This document shows, piece after piece, positions 1-10,506 of a stretch of DNA of 54,742 nt. Source of the stretch: Saprolegnia diclina VS20 (lineage: Eukaryota); assembly GCF_000281045.1 (NCBI RefSeq), contig NW_008246097.1, positions 349,440-404,181 of the forward strand, written 5' to 3'. Both the position numbers and the translations under genes were made by a program. The notes below the pieces were generated by a model, which searched no databases, was not told where the DNA came from, and was given only the letters and a program-made list of their open reading frames with translations. Position 1 is the first letter of the stretch. Each line of letters starts with the position of its first letter.

Positions 1-1279
1 TCAAGTTTCACGTCGTCTTTGGCCGGTATGCACTGACTGTCTTTGACATGCATTTTGCCAAGTCGGATGACGATGTAGGTTTCAATGGATGCTGCGGCCC
101 ATGTCCCTCATCGATCTCATCGCGCTCGTGCCCTATTTTTTGGAAATTGCGCTCTGCTCGGCGACCGCGTCCGTCTTGAGGTGACGGCAGGCACATTTTT
201 CTCACATTGGCTGCTAGGACGTCGGTGGCGTATCGCGGCTCGATGACCATCCGCGGCCTCCGGCTCCTCCGCGTTATTTCCTTCCTGCGCATTGAACGGT
301 CGTACGATGCTATCAAGCGGCTGCGCATCATCTTTCGGCGAAAACGGGTAGGCCGATCATGCTGCATCACCAAGTCCTTACGCGTGTGCAGCAAGAATTC
401 TTTGTAGTCACCTACCTCACAGCGGTCGTCATCCTCGTCTCGGCCACCATCATGTACGACAACTATTCTTGAAATTGCTGATCGACTCCTTGTTTTTGCT
501 ACAGCTTTTTTCTCGAGTTTCCCGCGCAGCCCGACGTCTTCTCCAGCATTGGTGTCGGCGCATGGTGGGCGATCGAGACCATCACGTCGCTCGGGTACGG
601 CGATACGGTGCCCATCACGGTTGCCGGCCGCACGTTCGCGTCGGTCGTCGCGCTCTGGGGTATCATCCTCTTTGCAATCCCAGGTAGACGAATTAACATT
701 GACACGCGTTCGGTACACGCTGGCGCAGGCGCGATCCTCGGCAGTGGCTTCATTGAGGTCATGCTCGAGCACCAAACGGCCAAGGAAATGCGCGCGAAAG
801 ACCGGTGGATCCACGAAATCTCTTCGCAGCTCCACCACATTCAGTCGGTCGCCGCGGGCTCGCTCTTGGCGCCTCGTACGTTGTGACGAGTTAAGTCTCC
901 TCGATCTGATTGCATGTCCTAGTGACGTCCTTGTCCAACGTCCTCTCCGAGCCAGTGGAAGCCAGCCCCGACGAGGATATCTCCGAGGCTCCGATGCCGG
1001 CGACACCACCACTGTCCATGCCCCTGGGCACCCCGGATGCGGCGACGTCGCCGCATTTGTCGCCGTTTGGGTCGGACGTCGTGACGGTCTCGTCAACACA
1101 GCTCAACGAGCTGCTTCAAAACCAGGCATTGGCCAACATTGTCCGTCTGAACGGCGCACTCATATTGACACTAGGAAATGCTGTCGCTTCAGATCCAACT
1201 ACAGCGCGAACAACTCGACCGCGTCTTGAAACTTCTCGAGACCAACACTCGAATTCATCCCAGCAGCAGCGTGTTTTGA
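1..1279 (+). CDS. Voltage-gated (6TM) K+ channel, copy A; 5' end outside the window, multi-exon
   Basis: Spliced translation gives S3 (PMSLIDLIALVPY), S4 (IRGLRLLRVISFLRIERS), pore FSSIGVGAWWAIETITSLGYGD (filter 584-604), S6 (GRTFASVVALWGIILFAIPG) and a C-terminal coiled coil EMLSLQIQLQREQLDRVLKLL; TGA at 1277-1279. Confidence 0.88.
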
Positions 1280-1984
1280 TAAGCACTGCACGTCAAGATG
1301 ATTGGCGGTCACTGTACCATTTTCATGGGCAGCGAAGAGACCGCAACACAGTGTTTGCAACGCGAGAAAGATGTGCAAGCCCAATGAAATGCAGGTTGTA
1401 TCCAGGTGCACAAGGGCAGTGGACCAACCGCAGCGTACGGTGTTGATGCAGCGTAGACGCTCGCGGTGGGAGTTGACCATAAATACAGATCCCACGTGGT
1501 GTCGCGGTTCCTTGGACGTCTAGAAAGGTTCCGTCCCCGCCCCCGCCGGCTTTCGAATTCTAGACTTCTATCGTCGCGGCAGATCACTGTACTCAACAAG
1601 CGATGACCTCCAACAAGACACTCTATCGTTTACCATCCCATACTGCGCTTGCATGCGCCTTGATCGTGCTTCAGAAACCATCCAGCGTGGGACGTGGCTC
1701 GTCGCTGTGCGGTGTAGCGACGAGGTGCATTGGAGGTGAGCGGTATGCATGAGGCCGGAACGTCGCGTTCACATGTCATTTGGTCTTGGATTCTGGCGCG
1801 AGCCGGCAGACATTCGAGGGGTTTTGCAACTGCGAGTCCTTGGACCCGATAATCAGCGTTCTTGCTCCTGTTGCCAACTTCCAATACATCCATACCACCC
1901 GTCCATGTCATCCATCGTGGTGGGTGGCCTATCCACGTCCCCCTCTCGGTTCATTTTTGTTTTGGCTCGATGCAGAGAAGAGCA

Positions 1985-3496
1985 ATGCTCGAAGCAACGC
2001 CACTGCTGCCTTTGCACGTGCATGTGAGTCCACGGCCCGCGACGCTGCGCGCGCTTGTGTGGCACATATTGCATTTTCGCGCGTCGACTTCGCATGTTTC
2101 GCTCATCCGGAGCTGCTCTCACTACGTGGAGCTGGGCTTGTTGAATTTGATTGTGATCAACGTCCTTGTCACCGTCTATGGCTCGGGAAGCTCATCGCCA
2201 CCAGGTACACCCAACCCTTACCAATGCATCGTTGACACGCGTGGCGGACTAGACGCCGTCACGCGCATCTTGGTGGTCGTTTCCACTACCGTCTTTCTTC
2301 TCGAGTACCTTCTGCGTCTCTGGTCGTGCGTCGAGGACCCTCGGTTTGACCACAGTGTAGTGCTCGGACGGTACGACGCCTACGCTCAAGTCCCATGCAA
2401 TTCTGATGTGGAAGTAGCCTGGCCTGGATGCGCCGCCCCATGTCGTTGATCGATCTTGTCGCGCTCGTGCCCTACGTGGTTGAAGCGATCGCGTGCTGTA
2501 GCTCAGCGTACGACGACTACTCGCATACACTCTTGGGCTCAAGTCATGCTAGACTTCCGGAAGCGTCGGCGGTCGTGCAGGGCCTGCGCCTTCTGCGGGT
2601 CCTCGCCTTTCTTCGCATCGAGCGGTCGTACGATGCTGTCAAGCGTCTTCGGATCATCTTTCGCAAGAAGCGGGTAGCCTCCGTTTTTGCTCGTGATGAA
2701 GGACGCTGACAGTACGTGGGTAGCACGAGCTCTTTGTGATCACATACCTCACGGGCGCCGTCATCCTTCTCTCCGGCACCACCATGTATGCCTCACCTGA
2801 TGGTGCCAGTCGATGGCTCACGAGGACGCGTAGCTTTTTTCTCGAGCAAAACGCGCAGCCCGACGTCTTTTCCAGCATGGGCGTTGGCGCGTGGTGGGCC
2901 GTCGAGACCATCACGTCGCTCGGGTACGGAGATGCGGTGCCCATCACGGTTGCCGGCCGCATCTTTGCGTCCGTCGTCGCGCTCTGGGGCATCGTCCTCT
3001 TTGCGATCCCAGGTACTCATTTCCTTTGTAATCAGACGATGTTAATTGATCATGTAGGTGCCCTCCTCGGCAGCGGCTTTGTCGAGGTCATGCTCAAGCA
3101 CCAAACCGCCAAGGAGCGGCGCGCCAACGCAATGTGGCTGCAGCACGCATGCACGCAGCTGCACGTGCCGCTATGTACGTCTTACGATAGACGAGGGCAG
3201 GATAATTATGAGTGTGAATAGTTTCCGAACTGGACCTACCGCCACGCAGTGAGAGCTCGCTGACATCGTCGCCGTCACTATCTCCGTCGTCGACTTGCGA
3301 CGAAGCCTCATGCTTCTCAACAGCACCCACTACGAGCGCATGGCCGAGACACAGGTACTAGTACACACCGCCATAGCTCGTTCCGTGTCCTTACGTTAAA
3401 ATGGGCGTGTAGGAGCGGTTGGTGCTGCAGCTACACGTCCAGCAAGTCCAAATCGAGCGCATTTTGGCGCTACTAGAGGCAACCCAGACCAAGTAG
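1985..3496 (+). CDS. Voltage-gated (6TM) K+ channel, copy B; tandem paralog, multi-exon
   Basis: S2 VFLLEYLLRLWSC, S4 VQGLRLLRVLAFLRIERS, pore WWAVETITSLGYGDAVP (filter 2913-2933), same intron positions as copy A, ends ERLVLQLHVQQVQIERILALLEATQTK*. The start could be ATG 1970 or 1985. Confidence 0.88.
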
Positions 3497-3802
3497 GCAG
3501 CGCTTACATTCGCGGCGCTTCCAACGACCTTATTTAATCCAAGCGTCTCGCGAGAACAACGCGTTTGGATAGTCGATTTGTACCGATGGTTGACTCGTTG
3601 TTGTGGACTACTGGGCAAGCCGCTGGAACACAGCTTGGAACGTAGGCAGGTGTGTCCCGTGCTTACCACGTGTGTTGTCCGTCTGACGGATCAGTCTACA
3701 TGCGCAATGACAAGAGCAAAAACCTCAAATGCATCCACGCATGTTCTTACAACGGAACAATACACGCTACTAGTACTCGGGGTGACTAGACGACAGCTAC
3801 TT

Positions 3803-4321
3803 TTAGTCGGCGAGAAGACGTTCGTAGATGCGGCGGCGCTGCTGGTAGAGAAGGTCGTCAATGCTCGCCACGGGGCGGAGGCAAAAGTTGAAGAGCCCAA
3901 AGACCACGAGGCCAAGGCAGCAGAGCGGGAGGAGTCCGATGCCGAGGAAGAAGCCCATCGCGACGAAGATAAACACAAAGATGGCGAAAAACAGCGTGAA
4001 GAACTGCAGCACGAGCAGGAGGGCCGTGTTGCAGACGTTCGAGACGAGCTGGCTCAGCGAGAAGAAGCCACATTCGTGCTGGCGCTGTGGGCCGTGGTGC
4101 GTCGGGAGCGGCCCCGAGCCGTAGACCGCCGTGCCCGTAGGGTACTGTTGCGCAACGTACATGGGGGCTTGCTGCGGCGAGTAGCTCTGCGCTGGGTAGC
4201 CCTGCTGCGGCGGGTATGTATATGGCTGCACCGGCGCGCTGTTGTAGGCGACGGGGTACGTCGGCTGCACGGGCACGGCTTGCGGCGTCTCGTCCGTGCT
4301 CGTCGTCTTGTACGTCGCCAT
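3803..4321 (-). CDS. Intronless 172-aa membrane protein: P/Q/Y-rich N-terminus plus 2-3 TM helices resembling the 'putative sensor' domain
   Basis: Clean ATG..TAA ORF with GC3-biased codons; hydrophobic block LLLVLQFFTLFFAIFVFIFVAMGFFLGIGLLPLCCLGLVVFGLF followed by RPVASIDDLL. Confidence 0.75.
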   Translation of the reverse strand: MATYKTTSTDETPQAVPVQPTYPVAYNSAPVQPYTYPPQQGYPAQSYSPQQAPMYVAQQYPTGTAVYGSGPLPTHHGPQRQHECGFFSLSQLVSNVCNTALLLVLQFFTLFFAIFVFIFVAMGFFLGIGLLPLCCLGLVVFGLFNFCLRPVASIDDLLYQQRRRIYERLLAD

Positions 4322-4413
4322 GCTGGGTTTTTATAAATGGAAGCGCACGCCAGTGTGCCAGTGACTGGGAAGAGGACAATCACTCGCGGCCTGCATTCTC
4401 GCCCACAATAGCT

Positions 4414-4591
4414 CAGCTCAACCCATTGCGTTAAACTCATTGCGTTGAACCTAGAACGTCAAACCGAGTGAGTGCGTCAAACCCAGTGCGTCAACCCCAA
4501 TGGTGTTATTCGCTTGGTCAAACCCATGGGTCAAACCCATCCGAAACCGGTTTAATGCGTCTATTATCCATGGGCGTGTGCGTCAAACTAT
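4414..4591. repeat. Degenerate ~14-bp tandem array, consensus TGCGTCAAACCCA(T/G), about 9 copies
   Basis: Units tgcgttaaactcat (4427), tgcgttgaacctag (4441), aacgtcaaaccgag (4455), tgcgtcaaacccag (4473), tgcgtcaaccccaa (4487), ggtcaaacccat (4516), gggtcaaacccat (4528), tgcgtcaaactat (4579), plus a partial unit at 4414. Confidence 0.85.
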
Positions 4592-5576
4592 TACGTCCTC
4601 ATGGCAAGCGGATCCATACAAGTAAAGGTGGCTATCATTTTGATGGCAGCGAATGGTTAAAAAAACCAAATGCCATTATTGGGCCTTGCCGAATTCAACC
4701 TCGATAGCACCATCATGAACGCGGATACATCACTGAATACATGCCTCAGTCACTGCTTTTCAAGCACGTCGGAATGGAGAGTTAATACCTGTGGACCCGA
4801 AACCTTGTTTAGACCATTTCCATGTTATTCGTAGGTAAGGACATTGTCTTTGGTCGACAGAGGAGAGATTTGGCAACGCGACGCTTCGCTGCTTCATGTT
4901 GGTATAATTTTTGTTGGCTTGGGTGATCGCAGTTCAGAACGTCCAAATTGAAGGAGTATCCTGGCACCCAAGCTGGTAATCCGCGTGCCATTCGTTCGCT
5001 CATAGTACTAACATGGAAGTTCACATGCAAGATATTGACCAATGCTGGATGCAACGCTACAAGCTTGACTGCAAAGCAAAAAGCGCGCCAAGGTTGATGC
5101 CACATGGCGACATGCGTGATTACTTGGCAATTCCTCTGCAAGTCGCTTCTCTGTGCACGCCCACGCACGGGCGGAGATGGGCATGGACTGTCTACCTCGT
5201 CGCATCCGCGCTTCCGGAAGCGTGGCGATGCCCATGTCCCAACCCATCGGCGCTGCGTCAGCATCGAGATTGATGCTCCTGGACGCGGTCCGAAACCGCG
5301 CGGGTCACATTTTGGCCAATCAAAACGCGTCAAATTTAAATATTTGAAGCCCTTGGAATGGGATCCAGCATATTATTTTGCACGCCCGATGCTTGCGATT
5401 TCAAATTACTCGGTTTTTGTATGGAAGCGGTGGCAGTGCGCTAAAGAATTGGCGATTGCCATTAAATTTCGCAACCGCGCAAAATAAAAGCACCCAGTGG
5501 TTTGCCATACACAACCAATTCCTTGGGACCGCCTAATTATAGAGTCCAAGCGCGGAGGCCATCGACGGACGACGTG

Positions 5577-8500
5577 ATGATGGAGCCGACGATGCAAGAC
5601 TACCTCAAGCGCTACGACGAGGAGCAGAAGGCCCGCGCGGAAGCAGGTCGACGGGACATGGACCTCGGCGAAGAAGACCATGCGAAGCATGGCGGTACTT
5701 CCAAGTACACGGACATGTTCTTCGGAAGCGACAGCGACGGCGAGCTCTCGCAGTCCAACCTTCTCGGCGAGATGTCCCGGGACTTCATGGCCTCGACCGA
5801 TGGCAAGAACATGATGGACGATACGAACTTTATGAGCAGCCTCCTCGGCAGCCCCGTGACCACGAAGCCGTCGCAGCTACTGGACCCACCGGCGCTACCA
5901 ACCAAGCAGCAGCGGGACTCGCTCGAGTCGCTCTTTGCGCCACAGACGAACCTCGCGATCCAAGCGAACCACATCACCTTTGACAAGGACCCGATTAACC
6001 TGGACACGGAGAGCTTCGTCGACGCAGGTAGAAGTGACATCCCGCATCACCCTTTCCACAGGTCGTGTGTAGCCACGTTCTTGAACCGACAAGAAGCGCT
6101 CATGAAGCCGCAGACGACGCGACCAGAGGCTGGATCGGACAACACGACGTGGACGAGCTCAGGGTTTCGGTCGCCAGACGACTTTTTCGCCGAGCGGTCG
6201 CGGGACCTGAGCAACGTCGAGTTTGGTGACACTCCGATTCCGAGAAAAAGCTCGCTGACTGGTCTCCCGGACGCCACTACGACTGCGCCGCAGCACACCA
6301 AGGAGGTGCCGTCCTCCTACATCGACTTCAGCGCACCCCCGACGTCGACAACACACAAGGTGCAGATGTAGAGTCTAAACTGCTTCACTGAGTGGTTTTG
6401 TTGCAGGTGTTTTTGGCTACGACGCCGTCAAGCGTCATGCAGCACGATAAGCCTGTTGCTGCAAAGACCACATACTCGCGAAGCTCGTTTTCGACGCAGC
6501 CAACCATGCCCAGCGTCAAGCACATGGTGCAGGTACTTTTAAAGCCCGTTACCGGTATCCACGGACACGAACCTCTGGAGTAGCCCACGCACTCTACGCC
6601 ACGACCGCAACAAGTGTCTTCGCCCATGTATCGCGGGTCCTCGTGGACGCCAACCCCCAGCACCGACATGAGCCAGCCTTCGGTCGGTCTTTCAGCGCCG
6701 TTTATGGACTTGTCCATCTCGCAGTCGACACCCGTCAAGGATCTCGTGCCCCGACGCCAAACGCCTCCGATCGAGACGCAGCAGGTGGGTGAAGCCAATA
6801 CAACCTCAATTTTGTGCTCATTTGGATTTACGTAGCCACTCTCCATCTCAACGTACTTACAGGTACCGTTTTTGCTTGCGCCAAAGCAAAAGTAAGCGGC
6901 AACGTAGAACTCGCTCGCCAACTATGCCAACCGCCCGAATGTGTCGAGCGTGCCCGTTAACATTGACGACGAGCCGTTCAAGGTCGTTTCGGACGCAGTA
7001 CAAGCAGCCATGTCTCTCACGGCCAATGAGCGCGAAGCTGCTCAGTGGCATGAACCCATTCACCCGTCGCACGTGATCCACTCGTCGCTCGATGCCGTTG
7101 CTGCTGTACCATTAAAACCCACGATCCGTACACAGAGGCGTTGACATTATTGCTGTAGGTCCAAGCTATGATCGAAGCAACAGGACACATGCAGGCGTCG
7201 ATCTCCGAGGTCATGCGACTGCGAGCGCACGCCAAGCAAGCCATCGAGGCAGCTGTGGTCTCGGAGGCTATGGCGATCGCCGACTACCAAAAACAGCGCT
7301 GGTCTGAGCCGCCTCGTCCGCGCGCCGGGTCGCAGCAGTTTGAGAGAAAAGCGATTGACAACATCACGGCCGAGCTCACATCGGTGGTGCAAGAACCCAC
7401 ACAGCCCGTGCTGCCACCACCTCGCCGCAGCTCTCGAGCATCGATCCTTTCAATGCAGTCGAGCCGAGCTATGGCGGGCGGCAAGGTTCAGCGCACGCTG
7501 GACATGTCGCAACGCCAAGAACGAACAACACAGGCACATCGTGACGCGCCGTTCTCGGCCATGCAGGCGGCCGCACGAACCGATAATGTCATTTCCAAGT
7601 GCGCCGACACTACGAACAACCCGGACGGTGTTTCGCCAAGCTCGACGCGGGCGCGCGATTCCAAGCTGACACGCGAGTTTGGCCTGTCCCCAATCCCGTT
7701 TGAGCCCAGTAGTATGTCGGTCGACGAGTCCATCACACCGCGTCCCCCGTATGACCGCGATGTCGATCCGGCAGATCGCGCAATGTCGGAAGCTGACCGG
7801 CGTCAAATGCACGCGCTGCTTGCAACGAAGAGCCCGATTGAGGGCGCAGCTCGCGGCCATCAGTCGACAGCTACTCCCGTGCGAAGCTACAAGCGCGATT
7901 CAACGCTGCGGACCAGTCGCAGCGTGACGCAAGACTCCGCAAAGCCAAACTTGCGAATCGACACAAGTGTCGCCCGCGCCGCGTTTCCCGAGAAGTCGAA
8001 GCTGGAGAAGCCGCCGTCGACCAAGATGCATCGTGACGACCTGCGAACGGCGTTCACGGACCTTCAGCGCCATGAAGCGTCGACGCCGTCAGAGCGCTAC
8101 TCGATCCAGCCACACGCTGCGGACAACAATCCTAGCACAAACGACGCGCAAACGGACGAACTTGCATACAAGGAGGTTGGTGGCTATTTCCTTTTCTATC
8201 GTCTGTCGTCACAACTACCGTAGGTGCCCATGAGTCCTCCACCGACACCATACACCAAGGCACTCGAGGTACCTCGCTCTACAATACACACATCTAAACC
8301 ACACTTCGTGCGTAGCGCCCCAAGCTATGCAAGCGCTTCCTGTGCACATTAGGCGGCGAGATCTCAGAGACTTTTGTGTTTCGCAACACGAGCGCGACCT
8401 ACGCGCGTATCTGCGCGTCGATTGTCCCGCTGAGCCGTGGCTGCAACCAGTTTCGTATCGTGCCCACCGTGCTCGAGATGCCGCCCCACGCGTCGGACCA

Positions 8501-9446
8501 CTTTGTCATTCGGTACACTTTCGTTGTGCGATTGCCACTGAGGTGAAATCCTAGATTCGTGGCAACGCACGTCGGCGCCGTATCGGGCATCTTTCAGTTT
8601 CGGAGCATGAGCGGCGACCCGCGCGCGACACCGTACGAGATTATTGTGGACGCCCACGTCAAGAACCCAGCGACACCCGTGCGCCAGCCGACGCCGCCGC
8701 GTATTGTGCAAGAGGTGGCCGACGAGGACGCGCTCGAGGCCAACGGCAGCACGGTGGACGTGCATCCGACGTTTCTTCGGCTCTTGGCGGCCAACGACGC
8801 CAAGTCGTTTGAGGTCATCAACTTTTCCGACAAGGACGTGCCGTTCTCTATTGCGTGCCCGTATCCGCACATTTCGCTTGCACCGACCCAAGGTGTCGTC
8901 CGACCCAAGAGCAAGTCGACCGTAACGGTCCATTGCAACGCGGCAACGCCATCGGTGCTGCCGCCCAACAAGAAGACGTGGTGTGGCTCATTTACGATTA
9001 CGCTGAACAACACCCTCACGCGCGAGATCAGCGTCGTCGTTGACGCATCTGCGCTCGCCCACGAGGCCCCGTCGTACCCCAAGTCAAGCCAATTGAGTCA
9101 GAGCAGCGTTGCGTCGTCGACGCGAACCAAGAAGCGGTCCAAGCGCGGTCTCTTTTTTCAGGCCGAAAACATGGACTGCGGCAGCGCGGCCCTGCACACG
9201 TCGCAGTGCGTTCCCGTGCGCATCTGCAACGGTGCAAAGGAGCCCATGACGGTGTTTGTTCAGACGCTCGGTCGCCCGTTCTCGTGTGCCTACTCGAGCC
9301 TCACGCTGCGCCCGCGCTCGTACGTTGAAGTCCCCGTTGTCTTTACCCCCGAAAAGCTCGGCGACGCGTCGGTGCCAATGGTCGTCTACTCGACGACGGA
9401 CAAGGCCATCTTGATGCTCCACGGCCGCGCGACGGCATCGGCCTAG
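5577..9446 (+). CDS. Cep192/Spd-2-like protein: long disordered N-terminus plus three C-terminal ASH (PapD/Ig-like) domains; multi-exon
   Basis: Consecutive + strand ORF pieces (5502-6371, 6614-6835, 7168-8223, 8559-9446) joined by short GT-AG introns. C-terminal repeats carry ASH signatures (FVFRN, FEVIN, VRICN; PF..LRPRSYVEVPVVFTP..G). The gene and ASH domains are well supported; Cep192 orthology is inferred. Confidence 0.7.
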
Positions 9447-9775
9447 TCGTTATCTAATATACTCTTAGTCGAATCCAATTGAGTGTCTCCTAGTACATGA
9501 CAAGTTGTCCAATCGTCAAATCCACTCGACAAGTCGTCTTTGGTACGTTGGCAACTGCACTACCAAAGGTGTCGGATCTAACACGAAACACATTGATAAA
9601 AAGGTGTCGGATCGTCCGCCTGCGCTGGGACGCGGCCACGTCAGAATCTGGCGTATATGCGGCATCTGCCACATGATCAAGGGCAATATGCCGAAAGTAG
9701 ACTGGCTTATTTGTGGCAATCTACCTGGTTTGTCCTTGAATAATTCTTCTGATCGTCAAAAAGACTGGAGGGACG

Positions 9776-10393
9776 ATGGCGGAGACCAAGACAGCGAGCA
9801 AGAAGGCCGACCGGGTCGTGCCATCGGGCTGGACGCGCGTCGAGAGCAAGAGTCGTCCTGGCGAGTGCTACTACCTCAACAAGAAGACGGGCCAGAAGAC
9901 GTGGAAGTACTCGGAGATGATGAGCAGCATCAGCAGCAGTAAGGACGGGAAGCGGAAACGCGACGAGAAGGCCAAGTCGTCGTCGTCCAAGCGGTCCAAG
10001 AGCGATGAGAAGCGGTCCAAGGTCGACGACGATGCGACGGTGCACGTTCTCCACATCCTCGTCAAGCACTCAGGCAGTCGCCGGGCGTCGTCATGGCGAC
10101 AGGACTCGATCACGCGCAGCAAGGACGTGGCAATCCAGCGCCTCCAAGGCCTGCGCGACCAGATCGTGCTCGCGGGCAAGCAGGACGACGGCGCCGTCCG
10201 CGAAAAGTTTGAGGCGCTCGCCAAAGTCGAGTCGGATTGCAACAGCGCCAAGCGCGGAGGGGACTTGGGTCCGTTCGGGCGCGGCAAGATGCAGCCGCCC
10301 TTTGAAGCCGCGGCCTTTGCGCTGGCGCCGGCCGAGCTGAGCGAAATGGTCGAGACAGAGAGCGGTGTCCACATCCTCTATCGCATCAAGTAG
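9776..10393 (+). CDS. PIN1: Pin1/Ess1-type peptidyl-prolyl isomerase (WW + parvulin)
   Basis: WW: VPSGWTRVESKSRPGECYYLNKKTGQKTW. Parvulin: HILVKHSGSRR, SDCNSAKRGGDLGPFGRGKMQPPFEAAAFAL, ETESGVHIL. Single exon. Confidence 0.95.
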   Translation: MAETKTASKKADRVVPSGWTRVESKSRPGECYYLNKKTGQKTWKYSEMMSSISSSKDGKRKRDEKAKSSSSKRSKSDEKRSKVDDDATVHVLHILVKHSGSRRASSWRQDSITRSKDVAIQRLQGLRDQIVLAGKQDDGAVREKFEALAKVESDCNSAKRGGDLGPFGRGKMQPPFEAAAFALAPAELSEMVETESGVHILYRIK

Positions 10394-10506
10394 CTGTATA
10401 TCCTACACTGTACTGTACAGACGTAGTCGTCGTTGCTTGCTCTGTCTGGTAACAGTATTTCGTAGAGGAAGCAAAGCAGGGTTAGTTGTAGAATTAGTGG
10501 ATCGAT

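Noticed and set aside
1302..1960. Extra exons or a separate gene between the two channels
   Set aside because: Copy A stops at 1279 in a frame homologous to the end of copy B; the ORFs here show no recognisable homology.
4414..4591. Possible CRISPR array
   Set aside because: Units are about 14 bp, degenerate and mostly abutting, with no unique spacers or cas genes; the context is eukaryotic.
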